A DNA stretch of 64,000 bases from Bacteroidales bacterium (GTDB lineage: Bacteria; Bacteroidota; Bacteroidia; Bacteroidales; WCHB1-69). The stretch lies in assembly GCA_045130235.1 (NCBI GenBank), contig JBGUPJ010000021.1, forward strand, positions 256,875 through 320,874, written 5' to 3'. Each line of letters starts with the position of its first letter. The first letter of the stretch is position 1. The position numbers and the translations under genes were made by a program. Shown here piece by piece: positions 43,962 to 52,135 of the stretch. A model generated the notes under the pieces. That model did no database searches and was not told where the DNA came from. It was given only the letters and a program-made list of their open reading frames with translations.

Positions 43962-46246
43962 TGTCTCTGCACCGGAACTGGAAACAGGTGCTGCTGTACA
44001 GTCTGCTCTCCGCTTCCCTGGCGGTGGCGGGGGTGGCTGGATTGTGTCTGATCGGCAATTCTGTGGAGGGCAAAAAGTGGGAAGCGGCCACGGAAGATGT
44101 AGAGCTGATTCCCGACCAGAATGTGGACCTCGCCACAACGCAGGCCTACCTCCAGAAAGACACCCTCTATGCCGATTTCCGCAGCCATTTCCGGTTCCAT
44201 TACCAGACCATCGGCGAGGCGGCCTTCGACGACGGCAGCTGTTTGCTGCTCATCTCGGAGCCGCCTCCCTATTTCAATGCCGACACGATTGCGCAGATTT
44301 TCAGTCAGTTTACGCACTCCGTGGAGACTCGCAAGCATCCTGTCGGTTACGACGGCAAAATCACCGACCTGCTGATTGTGCTGGGCAACACCACCGAGCG
44401 CAACCGCACCCGTCTTACGAAAGAGCTTTCACAGGCTATTTATCTTTCTGATTATAAGCCGAATGTAACGCCGTTGCCGGTCGAACATGGCCGTTCTTAC
44501 TTCGTGGAGGACACCATCGACTACCAGATTACGTTGTACGAGTTCAACGACTGGTTCATGGAGAAAGGGGAGGAGTTTTTCCAGCTTTCCGACACGGCCC
44601 ACAAGGTGACCATTTCCGACATGTTTGAGCAGCAGCTTACTGGCGTGTATTTCAGCCGTGTGCCGGGTTTTGTGGCGTGGGCCATCTCCAAAAACCACGA
44701 CCTTTCGGAGCAGCTCAACCATATCCGGCAGTTCACCCTCGATGCCGACTTGGTGCTGGGTGGCTTGGCCGATTCTGCCACCTTGGTGGTGATAGGCCGC
44801 GAGAGGGTGGCGGCCCTCTACGAGCTGCCGCCGCTCAACGTGGAGTCGATCCTGCTGCTGGCTTCGGTCACCGAGAAGGAGCTGTCGCAGAGTCTGGATG
44901 TGAACGACCTGATGGCTGGCAAGATGAAAAACGGTCACGACTGGTGCCCCACTTTTTTGAGTAAAGAGCTGGAAAACACCGAGTTCGGCCATCTGCTTAC
45001 TATCACCGATGTGCTTTTGAAAGACTGGTCGGAGAACGGCACTATACAGGAGGCCTACTACCGCTACCCGTCGCCGCCCCGTTTTCCATTCGATAGACCG
45101 CTGTTCAAGAAGCTGGGACTGAACGAGTTGGTGTACAATTGGAACACCTGGAATGCCATGTATGCCATCGACATGGACGAGGGTTTTACCATCTATACGT
45201 TGAATAGAACCGGCTCATTACCAGTATCTTATTTCAATTCGCCTGAAAGAAGTGTTTCCATTGGTTACCGATATGAAAATCAGGCATACCAGTATTTCGC
45301 TACTTTAGGGAATACGGATTTGGCGCGGGTGGTGCAATATACCGCTTTGTATCAGTTGTTTATGGATAATGGTGTGACTTATTCGGGGGATGTGGGCAAT
45401 GCCTTTCCCGAACAGAAACCCTATCTTTTGTACCAGCCTACCCGAAACCTGTTGGATTTTTTTAAGAATCTGAACGACCAGCAGATGGACTGGCTGGCCG
45501 ACACAATCTCTGCCATCAATTATTCTTCTTATCAGAAAGGACAGGTTACCAATGCTTTAGCTAAAAATGAAAGAACCTACCGCTTCACTTATTCCGATCA
45601 GCAGCGTAAAGAGATTTATGAGCGTGTGGCTAAAGATGAACGCAATGCGTTGCGGTCGGAAATCAGTGGGGTGCGTTCTATGCTGAAAGCGCTGAGTGAT
45701 GAGGAGTATACGAAGTTGGCGCGGTATTTGGCCTATCCCCGTGGCATGCGGAAGTCGGGCAGTGTCGCCTACCAGTTGGTGCAGCGGGCCCAGAAGGTCA
45801 ACCACCTGGTGCGCCGCATTGGCAAGAATCATCTCTCGGTGGTGGGACTTGACCTCAGCACGGTGCGCAACTTCTATGTCGGCAGTTTGGCCAACGCCTC
45901 CGCGCGGTATCTGAAAACACCTTCTGTCATAGTGACTTACAACGATATGTTGACCACCGGCGGGCACAACCTGTCGTCGGGCATCACGCGGGTGAACTCC
46001 TTGACGGGTTACAAGCGCAGCGGTGGACGGGGCTATTATGCGCCACAGCCGTCATCGCCTTCAGCGCCGGCCAAACCGTCGGCTCCCAAGGCGCAGTCGC
46101 CCTCTGGAGGCGGGAAGAGTTCCGCTTCATCGTCCTCATCCTCATCGGCGAAAAAGCCATCGTCCTCGGCGGCCAAGTCCCCGCAGAACATCCGTCCCCG
46201 CGGGGAGGTGATCTCCACCGCCGCCCGCAGCCAGCGAGGTTTTTAA
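43961..46246 (+). CDS. Hypothetical membrane-anchored protein (761 aa) with Ser/Pro/Lys-rich disordered tail
   Basis: The ATG at 43961 overlaps the pepE TAA by one nt (TAATG). There is one N-terminal TM helix, 'VLLYSLLSASLAVAGVAGLCLIG'. A ~650-aa domain follows in which I recognise no motif. The tail is 'PQPSSPSAPAKPSAPKAQSPSGGGKSSASSSSSSSAKKPSSSAAKSP'. Confidence 0.7.
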   Translation: MSLHRNWKQVLLYSLLSASLAVAGVAGLCLIGNSVEGKKWEAATEDVELIPDQNVDLATTQAYLQKDTLYADFRSHFRFHYQTIGEAAFDDGSCLLLISEPPPYFNADTIAQIFSQFTHSVETRKHPVGYDGKITDLLIVLGNTTERNRTRLTKELSQAIYLSDYKPNVTPLPVEHGRSYFVEDTIDYQITLYEFNDWFMEKGEEFFQLSDTAHKVTISDMFEQQLTGVYFSRVPGFVAWAISKNHDLSEQLNHIRQFTLDADLVLGGLADSATLVVIGRERVAALYELPPLNVESILLLASVTEKELSQSLDVNDLMAGKMKNGHDWCPTFLSKELENTEFGHLLTITDVLLKDWSENGTIQEAYYRYPSPPRFPFDRPLFKKLGLNELVYNWNTWNAMYAIDMDEGFTIYTLNRTGSLPVSYFNSPERSVSIGYRYENQAYQYFATLGNTDLARVVQYTALYQLFMDNGVTYSGDVGNAFPEQKPYLLYQPTRNLLDFFKNLNDQQMDWLADTISAINYSSYQKGQVTNALAKNERTYRFTYSDQQRKEIYERVAKDERNALRSEISGVRSMLKALSDEEYTKLARYLAYPRGMRKSGSVAYQLVQRAQKVNHLVRRIGKNHLSVVGLDLSTVRNFYVGSLANASARYLKTPSVIVTYNDMLTTGGHNLSSGITRVNSLTGYKRSGGRGYYAPQPSSPSAPAKPSAPKAQSPSGGGKSSASSSSSSSAKKPSSSAAKSPQNIRPRGEVISTAARSQRGF

Positions 46247-46328
46247 TTGTGGTTATACATTTTTTGGGGGGGGAGGTGTTGAGTATAGCTGTGGTGTGTT
46301 GGCGATCGTTGTCGTAACTATTTTCTTT

Positions 46329-46478
46329 GTCCCCGTCCCGAAGGGACGATATCTTATTAACCCCAGATAAGGCCGTTAGGCCGCAATCTGGGGTAGGGAT
46401 GCACTCGTGCATCCCACCGCGGCACGCTGACAGGAGCATAGTACCTGACGGCGGGTATGCCGCGGAAGAACGGGGCAG
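46329..46478 (+). repeat. GC-rich multi-hairpin repeat element, copy L
   Basis: Four consecutive hairpins are present. These are CGTCCC-GAA-GGGACG (46334-48), CCCCAGAT...ATCTGGGG (46361-93, with inner GGCC-GTTA-GGCC), GGGATGCAC-TC-GTGCATCCC (46396-415) and CCGCGGCA...TGCCGCGG (46417-65). Both flanks are homologous to copy R in inverted orientation. Confidence 0.8.
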
Positions 46479-46491
46479 CGATGTGAATTTG

Positions 46492-47364
46492 TCAGACGCA
46501 AACCTCAATGAGTTCCGCCAACGTGTTGTATATTTTCTCGTTCTTTGACCAAAAGTATTCACTTAGCTTTTCAAGAACCTTTCTCTCAGGGAAAATAATT
46601 GGAAAGATTTTTTGACGAATTTCCAAGTTATTCAATAATTTTCGATAGATACATGGTGACAGATCCTTGATTTCATCAAAAACAGCTTCTGCATTAGCGT
46701 CAAAGTTTACTTCTGGCATATCAGGCAAAGTTGTTTTCCATTTTTCTAAATAGTGCAAAGTCTCTTTCCAAATTTCATCATTAAAATCTGCTATACCATT
46801 GATATCACCAAACATTTGCCCACCATAATATAACCTCGGTTCACACCCATAGTCCTTTGACATACTTTTCATCCTTTCTAAGTAGTATCTTTTGTTCTTT
46901 TCAAGAGAATCATCGATGAACCACATTATTGGTATGATGTTGAAGTCATGGAAACGCCTAGTCAAAGCATAGTATTTATTCTCGAAATTATCAAACTGCC
47001 CAGCTTTTTTCGTGCTATCATGATCATCCCTGACCTTTTGTTCTATCATATACAAAGTGTTGTCTTTGCTGAAAAGTTGGTCAATGCTTAATTCTGTATT
47101 GTCATCAGTCCGAAATCTTTTTATATGTAATTGAAATCCAGTTTCTTCAAAATATCGCTCAAAAAGAAATTCGAGGGCATCACCAAAACGGATTTCATGG
47201 GATTGTGTGATATTTTGGATGAGTTTAGTCTTGGGTTTGGTGGGACGAAACAAACCGATGTATCTTTCTGGATAATCGGCTATTTTTTTAATAAGATCAC
47301 TGTAACTATCTTCAAAAAGCTTTGTATTAAGTGTATTTTTGAAGTATTCATATTCCAATATCAT
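46492..47364 (-). CDS. Putative type II restriction endonuclease (partner of the CcrM/HinfI-like methyltransferase)
   Basis: The 290-aa ORF has a 4-nt ATGA overlap with the upstream methyltransferase gene and shares its AT-rich composition. A candidate PD-(D/E)xK core is 'SIDQLFSKDNTLYMIEQKV'. I cannot assign a family by eye. Confidence 0.55.
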   Translation of the reverse strand: MILEYEYFKNTLNTKLFEDSYSDLIKKIADYPERYIGLFRPTKPKTKLIQNITQSHEIRFGDALEFLFERYFEETGFQLHIKRFRTDDNTELSIDQLFSKDNTLYMIEQKVRDDHDSTKKAGQFDNFENKYYALTRRFHDFNIIPIMWFIDDSLEKNKRYYLERMKSMSKDYGCEPRLYYGGQMFGDINGIADFNDEIWKETLHYLEKWKTTLPDMPEVNFDANAEAVFDEIKDLSPCIYRKLLNNLEIRQKIFPIIFPERKVLEKLSEYFWSKNEKIYNTLAELIEVCV

Positions 47365-48446
47365 TTTGTGCCTCCTTTCTCGTTAGCCAAGTATCTAAGC
47401 GAGTCTATTGCCACAAATTCATTATTATAGTCGCACCAAAAATAATCCCACCCATTGTTGTTGCTCCGATTCAACAATTTTGCCGATGCTTTGTGTATGG
47501 ATGTTTCAACACCATCTATTATCACATTTCCGCTTTCACACACTATAACATAATGCTTTTTGTCTTTGCTGAAAAGTCGTTGACCTATTTGTAAATATCC
47601 TAATTCCAACAGTTTTTTTATGGATATTCGTGGTGGTTTTACATCATATGCATTGTTAATCAAATCTGGAGTTAAATCCAGTTGGATGCTATTAATGCGT
47701 TCTTTTGCAGCTTTGATATATAGAACCTCCCGTTCAATCCCTATAAAATGTCTGTCTAAGCGTTTAGCGACAGCACCAGTTGTGCCTGTTCCGAAGAAGG
47801 GGTCTAATATCAAATCTCCCCTTTGTGTAGATGATAAGATAACATTATATAGCAGTTGCTCTGGTTTTTGTGTTGAATGGATTTTTTTGCCATTCTTGTC
47901 TTTTAACCGCTCGTTCCCTATGCAAATTCCTAAATCCCAAACACTTTTCATTTGTTTGTTCCCATTCAGGAATTTCATGGTTTTATAATTAAAGTGGTAT
48001 TTTGCTCCTTTGTTTTTGGAACACCAAATCAAAGTTTCGTGAGAATTTTGAAATCTTGTTCCACCAAAATTCGGCACAGCGTTAGGTTTCGACCATATCA
48101 CATCATTCAAGATCCAAAAGCCGATATCCTGCATGATATAGCCCAGTCTAAAGATATTTTGAAAGGAACCGATAACCCATATTGAAGCATCAGGCTTCAT
48201 TACTCTATGACATTCAGTTAACCACTGTTTTGTAAAAAAGTCGTATTCTTGGAGACTTGAAAATTTATCCCATACATCATCCACCCCATTGAATGAAGAA
48301 CCATCAGTGCGTAATAATTCGCCTTCAGTTTGCATATTGTATGGTGGGTCGGCGAATATTAAATCTACAGAGTTAGATGGGATTTTTTTCAAAACCTCAA
48401 GGCAATCACCTTGCAAGATAGTGTCTTTCTTTATTTCTTTTGGCAT
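47361..48446 (-). CDS. Beta-class N6-adenine DNA methyltransferase, CcrM / M.HinfI-like (predicted GANTC)
   Basis: The 361-aa product has motif IV 'IFADPPYN' ahead of motif I 'ILDPFFGTGTTGAVA'. It also carries 'WVIGSFQNIFRLGYIMQDIGFWILNDVIWSKPNAVPNFGGTRFQNSHETLIWCSK'. It is collinear with Caulobacter CcrM as I remember it, including the C-terminal ~90-aa extension. Confidence 0.85.
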   Translation of the reverse strand: MPKEIKKDTILQGDCLEVLKKIPSNSVDLIFADPPYNMQTEGELLRTDGSSFNGVDDVWDKFSSLQEYDFFTKQWLTECHRVMKPDASIWVIGSFQNIFRLGYIMQDIGFWILNDVIWSKPNAVPNFGGTRFQNSHETLIWCSKNKGAKYHFNYKTMKFLNGNKQMKSVWDLGICIGNERLKDKNGKKIHSTQKPEQLLYNVILSSTQRGDLILDPFFGTGTTGAVAKRLDRHFIGIEREVLYIKAAKERINSIQLDLTPDLINNAYDVKPPRISIKKLLELGYLQIGQRLFSKDKKHYVIVCESGNVIIDGVETSIHKASAKLLNRSNNNGWDYFWCDYNNEFVAIDSLRYLANEKGGTK

Positions 48447-48787
48447 AACTACTTGTTTTTAAGCGCTATGCCATCTTTCCAATTCAACTACTACGACCAA
48501 ATAAAAACTGCGGGCAAACTTGCTCGCAGTGTGGCCGTAGGAAATGCCAAAAGAAAGACAAGCCGCCCGCATACACGGGGCGCTGCTTTTGCATCTTTCT
48601 TTGCATATTCATGAAATTTCCTACGTTTCACTGCGAATAGACAAATAGCAAACGCTATGTTATATGATGTTGATTTATTTTATCTTTCTGTGATTTAGTG
48701 TTTTAGTTGTAAAAATATAAATTATTAATTCAATGCAAAAGTACATAAAAAATCTAATATATAGAAATAATTCACCATCTTCTATCC

Positions 48788-48985
48788 CTCCGCCGGTTCT
48801 TCCGCGGCACATTTCCCGACAGATACTATCTTCCTGCCAGTGTGCCGCGGTGGGCGCCTTCGACAAGCTCGGGCGCCGCGGTGGTTGAGCTTGTCGCGGT
48901 GGTTGAGCTTGTCGCGGTGGTTGAGCTTGTCGAAACCACCGCATGGTCTGGGGTTACGATAATGTCGTCCCTCTGGGCCGAGCAC
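48788..48985 (-). repeat. GC-rich multi-hairpin repeat element, copy R (inverted relative to L)
   Basis: The reverse complement of 48790-48853 aligns with 46413-46475 at about 52 of 62 identical positions by hand. It includes a 10-bp stem, CCGCGGCACA...TGTGCCGCGG (48802-50). The reverse complement of 48943-48973 aligns with 46337-46367 (agggacga...aaccccaga). The central core differs and carries an 18-bp x3 tandem repeat. Confidence 0.8.
48877..48930. repeat. 18-bp perfect tandem repeat x3 (CGCGGTGGTTGAGCTTGT)
   Basis: There are three identical units with no spacers. They are self-complementary with flanking GACAAGCTC (48862-70) and AACCACCGC (48934-42), which allows alternative hairpins. 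Confidence 0.9.
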
Positions 48986-49090
48986 AATATTCCATCACTA
49001 CATGAAAAAGAGAATCTTCCATGATTTTTTTTGAAAAAAAATAGAGAATGTGGAATTTTGGATGCTATTCTCCATTTCATAAAATATGCG

Positions 49091-49098
49091 TACCTTTG
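49091..49098 (+). promoter_or_regulatory. Bacteroides-type -7 box (TACCTTTG) for the TPR gene
   Basis: Exact TAnnTTTG match 19 nt upstream of the ATG at 49117. Confidence 0.5.
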
Positions 49099-49116
49099 CA
49101 GCCTAATTTGTTCATC

Positions 49117-50454
49117 ATGAAAAAACTCTCCATATTCCTGCTGCTGTTGGTTCTGTGCGTGGTCGCATATCCGCAAAAAACGAAGAAAAATGCGGAACCT
49201 ACTGCCACCGACCGTATGGTCTCCACTTTTTATGCCAATGCATTAAGAAGTTATTATACTGGAAATTACGAAGCGGCAGAACGCACTTTCAGAAGTGTGT
49301 TGTCCACCAATCCTTCGCACGATGCCACCTATTATATGCTGGGCAAAATGAAGGCGGAATTGGAAAAATATGTCGAGGCAGAAGAGAATCTGCGCAAAGC
49401 ATGCCAGCTCAACAAGTCGAACATTTGGTACTGGCAGACGTTGGCTCAGGTGCTGGATGATCAAGGGAAATATGCCGAGTCGTCCAAAGTTTGGAAGCAG
49501 GTGTGCCAGATGAGTCCCACCGATGAGCAGTTTTTGCTGTCGTATGCCAATGCGTTGTGGAATACGGGCAACGCCAAGGAATTGTTCAAAGTGCTGGATC
49601 AGGTCGAAGTGTTAGTCGGTGTGACAGAGCAGATTACGCAGGCAAAAGTGGAGATTCTTTTGTTTAAGAATGATGTAAAAGGTGCAGTGGGCGTTTATGA
49701 TAAGCTTATAAAAAAATATCCCAATACGGCTGATTATTATGTGAATGCGGCTGAATTGTACATGAACAATTCTATGACAGAGAAGGCCATCCCTTATCTG
49801 GAGGAGGCTGCCCGCATTGATGCCACCAACGGCAATGTGCAGTCGATGCTGGCCGTATATTATATGCGGATTGGCAATGAGCAGGCCGCTTTCGAGGCCT
49901 CCAAGGCCGCTATGCTTTCACCCGATGTGGAGTTGGACAAAAAGTTGTCTATCCTGCGCATCTATCTCGCCCCCCTCTCCACCTCCGACCCTACCGACCA
50001 GCAGATGCAGCTTGCCACTGCCCTTATCACCGCCAACCCGGAAGCAGTGGAGGGATGGGCCTCCCGCGCCTCCATCCTCCTGCGACAGAAAAAGTATCAG
50101 GAGGCCGTGCCCGATTTTGAGACCGCCCTCTCCATTGATCCATCGCAATATGCTCTGTGGAAGGATTTTATGTACTGCCTCGCCCGCGCCAAGAACTATA
50201 CCCGCATCATTGAACTGGAGAAAGATATTGTGGAGATTTTCCCCACCAACGGCATGATGAACTACACTTTGGGCAGCGCCTATATGAACACGGGCAAACC
50301 TGAAAAGGCCGTTCCTTATTTCGAAAAGGCGTTGAAATACACCTACGATAAAGAGGAACAGCGTCACATTTATAACTCATTAGAAGAGGCATACGAGGTG
50401 TTGGGCAATAGCGAGAAGGCCGCCGAGTATCGTCAGAAAGGTGGCAAGAATTAG
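49117..50454 (+). CDS. Tetratricopeptide-repeat protein, secreted
   Basis: The signal peptide is 'MKKLSIFLLLLVLCVVAYPQ'. Repeated 34-aa TPR-like units follow (for example 'YYTGNYEAAERTFRSVLSTNPSHDATYYMLGKMK'). I trimmed the start from 49048. Confidence 0.8.
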   Translation: MKKLSIFLLLLVLCVVAYPQKTKKNAEPTATDRMVSTFYANALRSYYTGNYEAAERTFRSVLSTNPSHDATYYMLGKMKAELEKYVEAEENLRKACQLNKSNIWYWQTLAQVLDDQGKYAESSKVWKQVCQMSPTDEQFLLSYANALWNTGNAKELFKVLDQVEVLVGVTEQITQAKVEILLFKNDVKGAVGVYDKLIKKYPNTADYYVNAAELYMNNSMTEKAIPYLEEAARIDATNGNVQSMLAVYYMRIGNEQAAFEASKAAMLSPDVELDKKLSILRIYLAPLSTSDPTDQQMQLATALITANPEAVEGWASRASILLRQKKYQEAVPDFETALSIDPSQYALWKDFMYCLARAKNYTRIIELEKDIVEIFPTNGMMNYTLGSAYMNTGKPEKAVPYFEKALKYTYDKEEQRHIYNSLEEAYEVLGNSEKAAEYRQKGGKN

Positions 50455-51131
50455 CCTATTGCACTCGCTTCCACCACGGTTAGCGTTCGCCCGTCAACTT
50501 TGAATTTGATTTCCCAATGCCCGAATTCGAATCCGTAGATTCGTTCGGGGTCGTTGTGGTACGCCGGTCGCGGATCCTGCGCAAGCACCTCCTGCAAGGC
50601 GGGAAGCAACTTGCTGGGTATCTGTCGGATAATGGCTTCCGGGATGATGACCTCGGCCTTTTCGTGCTGGTGGGTGGCCACGAACCCGTCGATGGCGTCG
50701 GGGTGACAGTCGGTGGTGGTGAGGTAGGGCTTGATGTCGTAGATGGGTGTGCCGTCCATGAGGTCGGCACCGAGCACGTGCAGCAGCGGGCGGCCATGGG
50801 CATCCATCTCCACACGCTCTAATTTTACCGAAGAGAGTCCTAACGCATTGGGTCTGAAGGTGGAACGGGTGGCGAACACGCCCATCCGCTGGTTGCCGCC
50901 GAGACGGGGCGGCCGTACCGTGGGCGTCCAGCCCTTCTCCATATTTTCAGAAAAACTCCATATCAGCCACAGGTGCGAAAACTCAGACAGACCACGCACC
51001 GCCTCCATCGAATCAAACGGCTCCACAAATTCGATGGTGCTGTGCAACGACGGCGCCAACCCGCTCTGCCGGGGAATGCCGAACTTGGTTGGAAAGTCGC
51101 TGTGGATGTAGGCGATAGGGACAATCTCCAT
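50451..51131 (-). CDS. trmO: tRNA (N6-threonylcarbamoyladenosine(37)-N6)-methyltransferase TrmO (YaeB/TsaA-like)
   Basis: The product has 'IAYIHSDFPTKFGIPRQSG', 'FSHLWLIWSF', 'RPPRLGGN' and 'RPNALGLSSVKL'. Its 3' end overlaps the convergent TPR gene by 4 nt. Confidence 0.8.
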   Translation of the reverse strand: MEIVPIAYIHSDFPTKFGIPRQSGLAPSLHSTIEFVEPFDSMEAVRGLSEFSHLWLIWSFSENMEKGWTPTVRPPRLGGNQRMGVFATRSTFRPNALGLSSVKLERVEMDAHGRPLLHVLGADLMDGTPIYDIKPYLTTTDCHPDAIDGFVATHQHEKAEVIIPEAIIRQIPSKLLPALQEVLAQDPRPAYHNDPERIYGFEFGHWEIKFKVDGRTLTVVEASAIG

Positions 51132-51132
51132 A

Positions 51133-52074
51133 CTACTCGGATGCTTTCTCCTGCAACGATGAGAACCCTTCGCCCAGCACTTCTGATGCCTCTAAGATAG
51201 AGAGAAATGCCTTCGGATCCACCTCGTGAACATGGTGGATGAGTGCGGGCAACTGCTTGCGGGAAACATTCGTATAGATGATGTTCTTCTCCTCATTATA
51301 GTACATTCCCATACCTCTCAGATAGGTTCCACCACGTTGCAAATCGTTAAGGATGAACTGTTTAATAGGTTCTGGATTTTGCGAAATGATGAAAACGGCC
51401 TTGCTGGAACGTCCGCCCGAAATCACCATGTCAATCACAACACCTTCCACGTAAATCACCAACCACGAGTAGAGCGGGATGGTCCACTCGAAATCGGGGA
51501 TGCAGAGTGACAAAAGCACTACGGTAGAGTCAACAGCGATGATGAGCTTGCCGATAGGAATGTGTTTCAGGTACTTGCCGAGGATCATGGCGATGATGTC
51601 GGTACCGCCGGAGGTGGCTCTCGACTTGAAGATCAGTCCCAGACCAATGCCGATGATAACGGCGCCGAAGAGGGTGAGGATGAAGGTGGCCGACGGGTCG
51701 CTCACCAGCGGCGTGCCGTCGTGGAGGAACTCAAGAAGCGAGATGCTTCCCGACAGTCCGAACACGCCAGCTACCGTTTTGAGTCCGAATTTGGGACCCA
51801 GCCACAGGGTGCCGATAAGCAGCAGCGGCAGGTCAAGGCACAGACCGGCCAGACCGATGGGGAATCCGACGGTATGGTGCAATACGATAGCGATACCATA
51901 AACGCCGCCAGGCACCAGTTTCAGCGGGTCGATGAAAAACACGTACCCGATGGCCATCACAAAGCATCCGGCCAAAATGAAAACATAGTCTTTTGCCAAA
52001 GTTTTGGCACTCTCTTTGGTGATTTTCTCGGGTTTGAATTTGGAGAAAAATTTGTTAGCCATTTTTGTATCCAT
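51133..52074 (-). CDS. YitT-family membrane protein (DUF2179-containing)
   Basis: The 313-aa product has five or six TM helices, with 'ILAGCFVMAIGYVFFIDPLKLVPGGVYGIAIVLHH' and 'SGGTDIIAMIL'. A soluble C-terminal domain follows. Confidence 0.75.
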   Translation of the reverse strand: MDTKMANKFFSKFKPEKITKESAKTLAKDYVFILAGCFVMAIGYVFFIDPLKLVPGGVYGIAIVLHHTVGFPIGLAGLCLDLPLLLIGTLWLGPKFGLKTVAGVFGLSGSISLLEFLHDGTPLVSDPSATFILTLFGAVIIGIGLGLIFKSRATSGGTDIIAMILGKYLKHIPIGKLIIAVDSTVVLLSLCIPDFEWTIPLYSWLVIYVEGVVIDMVISGGRSSKAVFIISQNPEPIKQFILNDLQRGGTYLRGMGMYYNEEKNIIYTNVSRKQLPALIHHVHEVDPKAFLSILEASEVLGEGFSSLQEKASE

Positions 52075-52080
52075 TTAGAG

Positions 52081-52114
52081 AAAAAAAAGAGGCATCTTTT
52101 CAACGCCTCTTTTT
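52081..52114 (-). terminator. Intrinsic terminator downstream of the OmpA-like/TPR lipoprotein gene (bidirectional shape)
   Basis: The structure is an A8 run, AGAGGC-(11 nt)-GCCTCT, then a T5 run. On the minus strand the hairpin is followed by a U8 run, 22 nt after the stop at 52136. Confidence 0.6.
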
Positions 52115-52135
52115 ATGTTATAAGGGAAAGGTCAA

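Noticed and set aside
46329-46478. I considered whether copy L is a retron msr/msd, a riboswitch or another known ncRNA.
   Set aside because: There is no reverse transcriptase or other cognate gene nearby. I recognise no conserved riboswitch core. A homologous inverted copy elsewhere fits a repeat element better. I kept it as a structured repeat and not as a named ncRNA.
48877-48930. I considered whether the 18-bp x3 repeat is a CRISPR array.
   Set aside because: The units are directly adjacent with no spacers, are too short, and there are no cas genes in the window.
48675-49176. ORFs 48675..48944, 48782..48985, 48826..49176 and 48842..49024 contain 'RQAQPPRQAQPPRQAQPP', 'DKLNHRDKLNHRDKLNHR' and 'VELVAVVELVAVVELV'.
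   Set aside because: They are translations of the 18-bp tandem repeat and hairpin arms of repeat element R in several frames. They have no start context and overlap one another.
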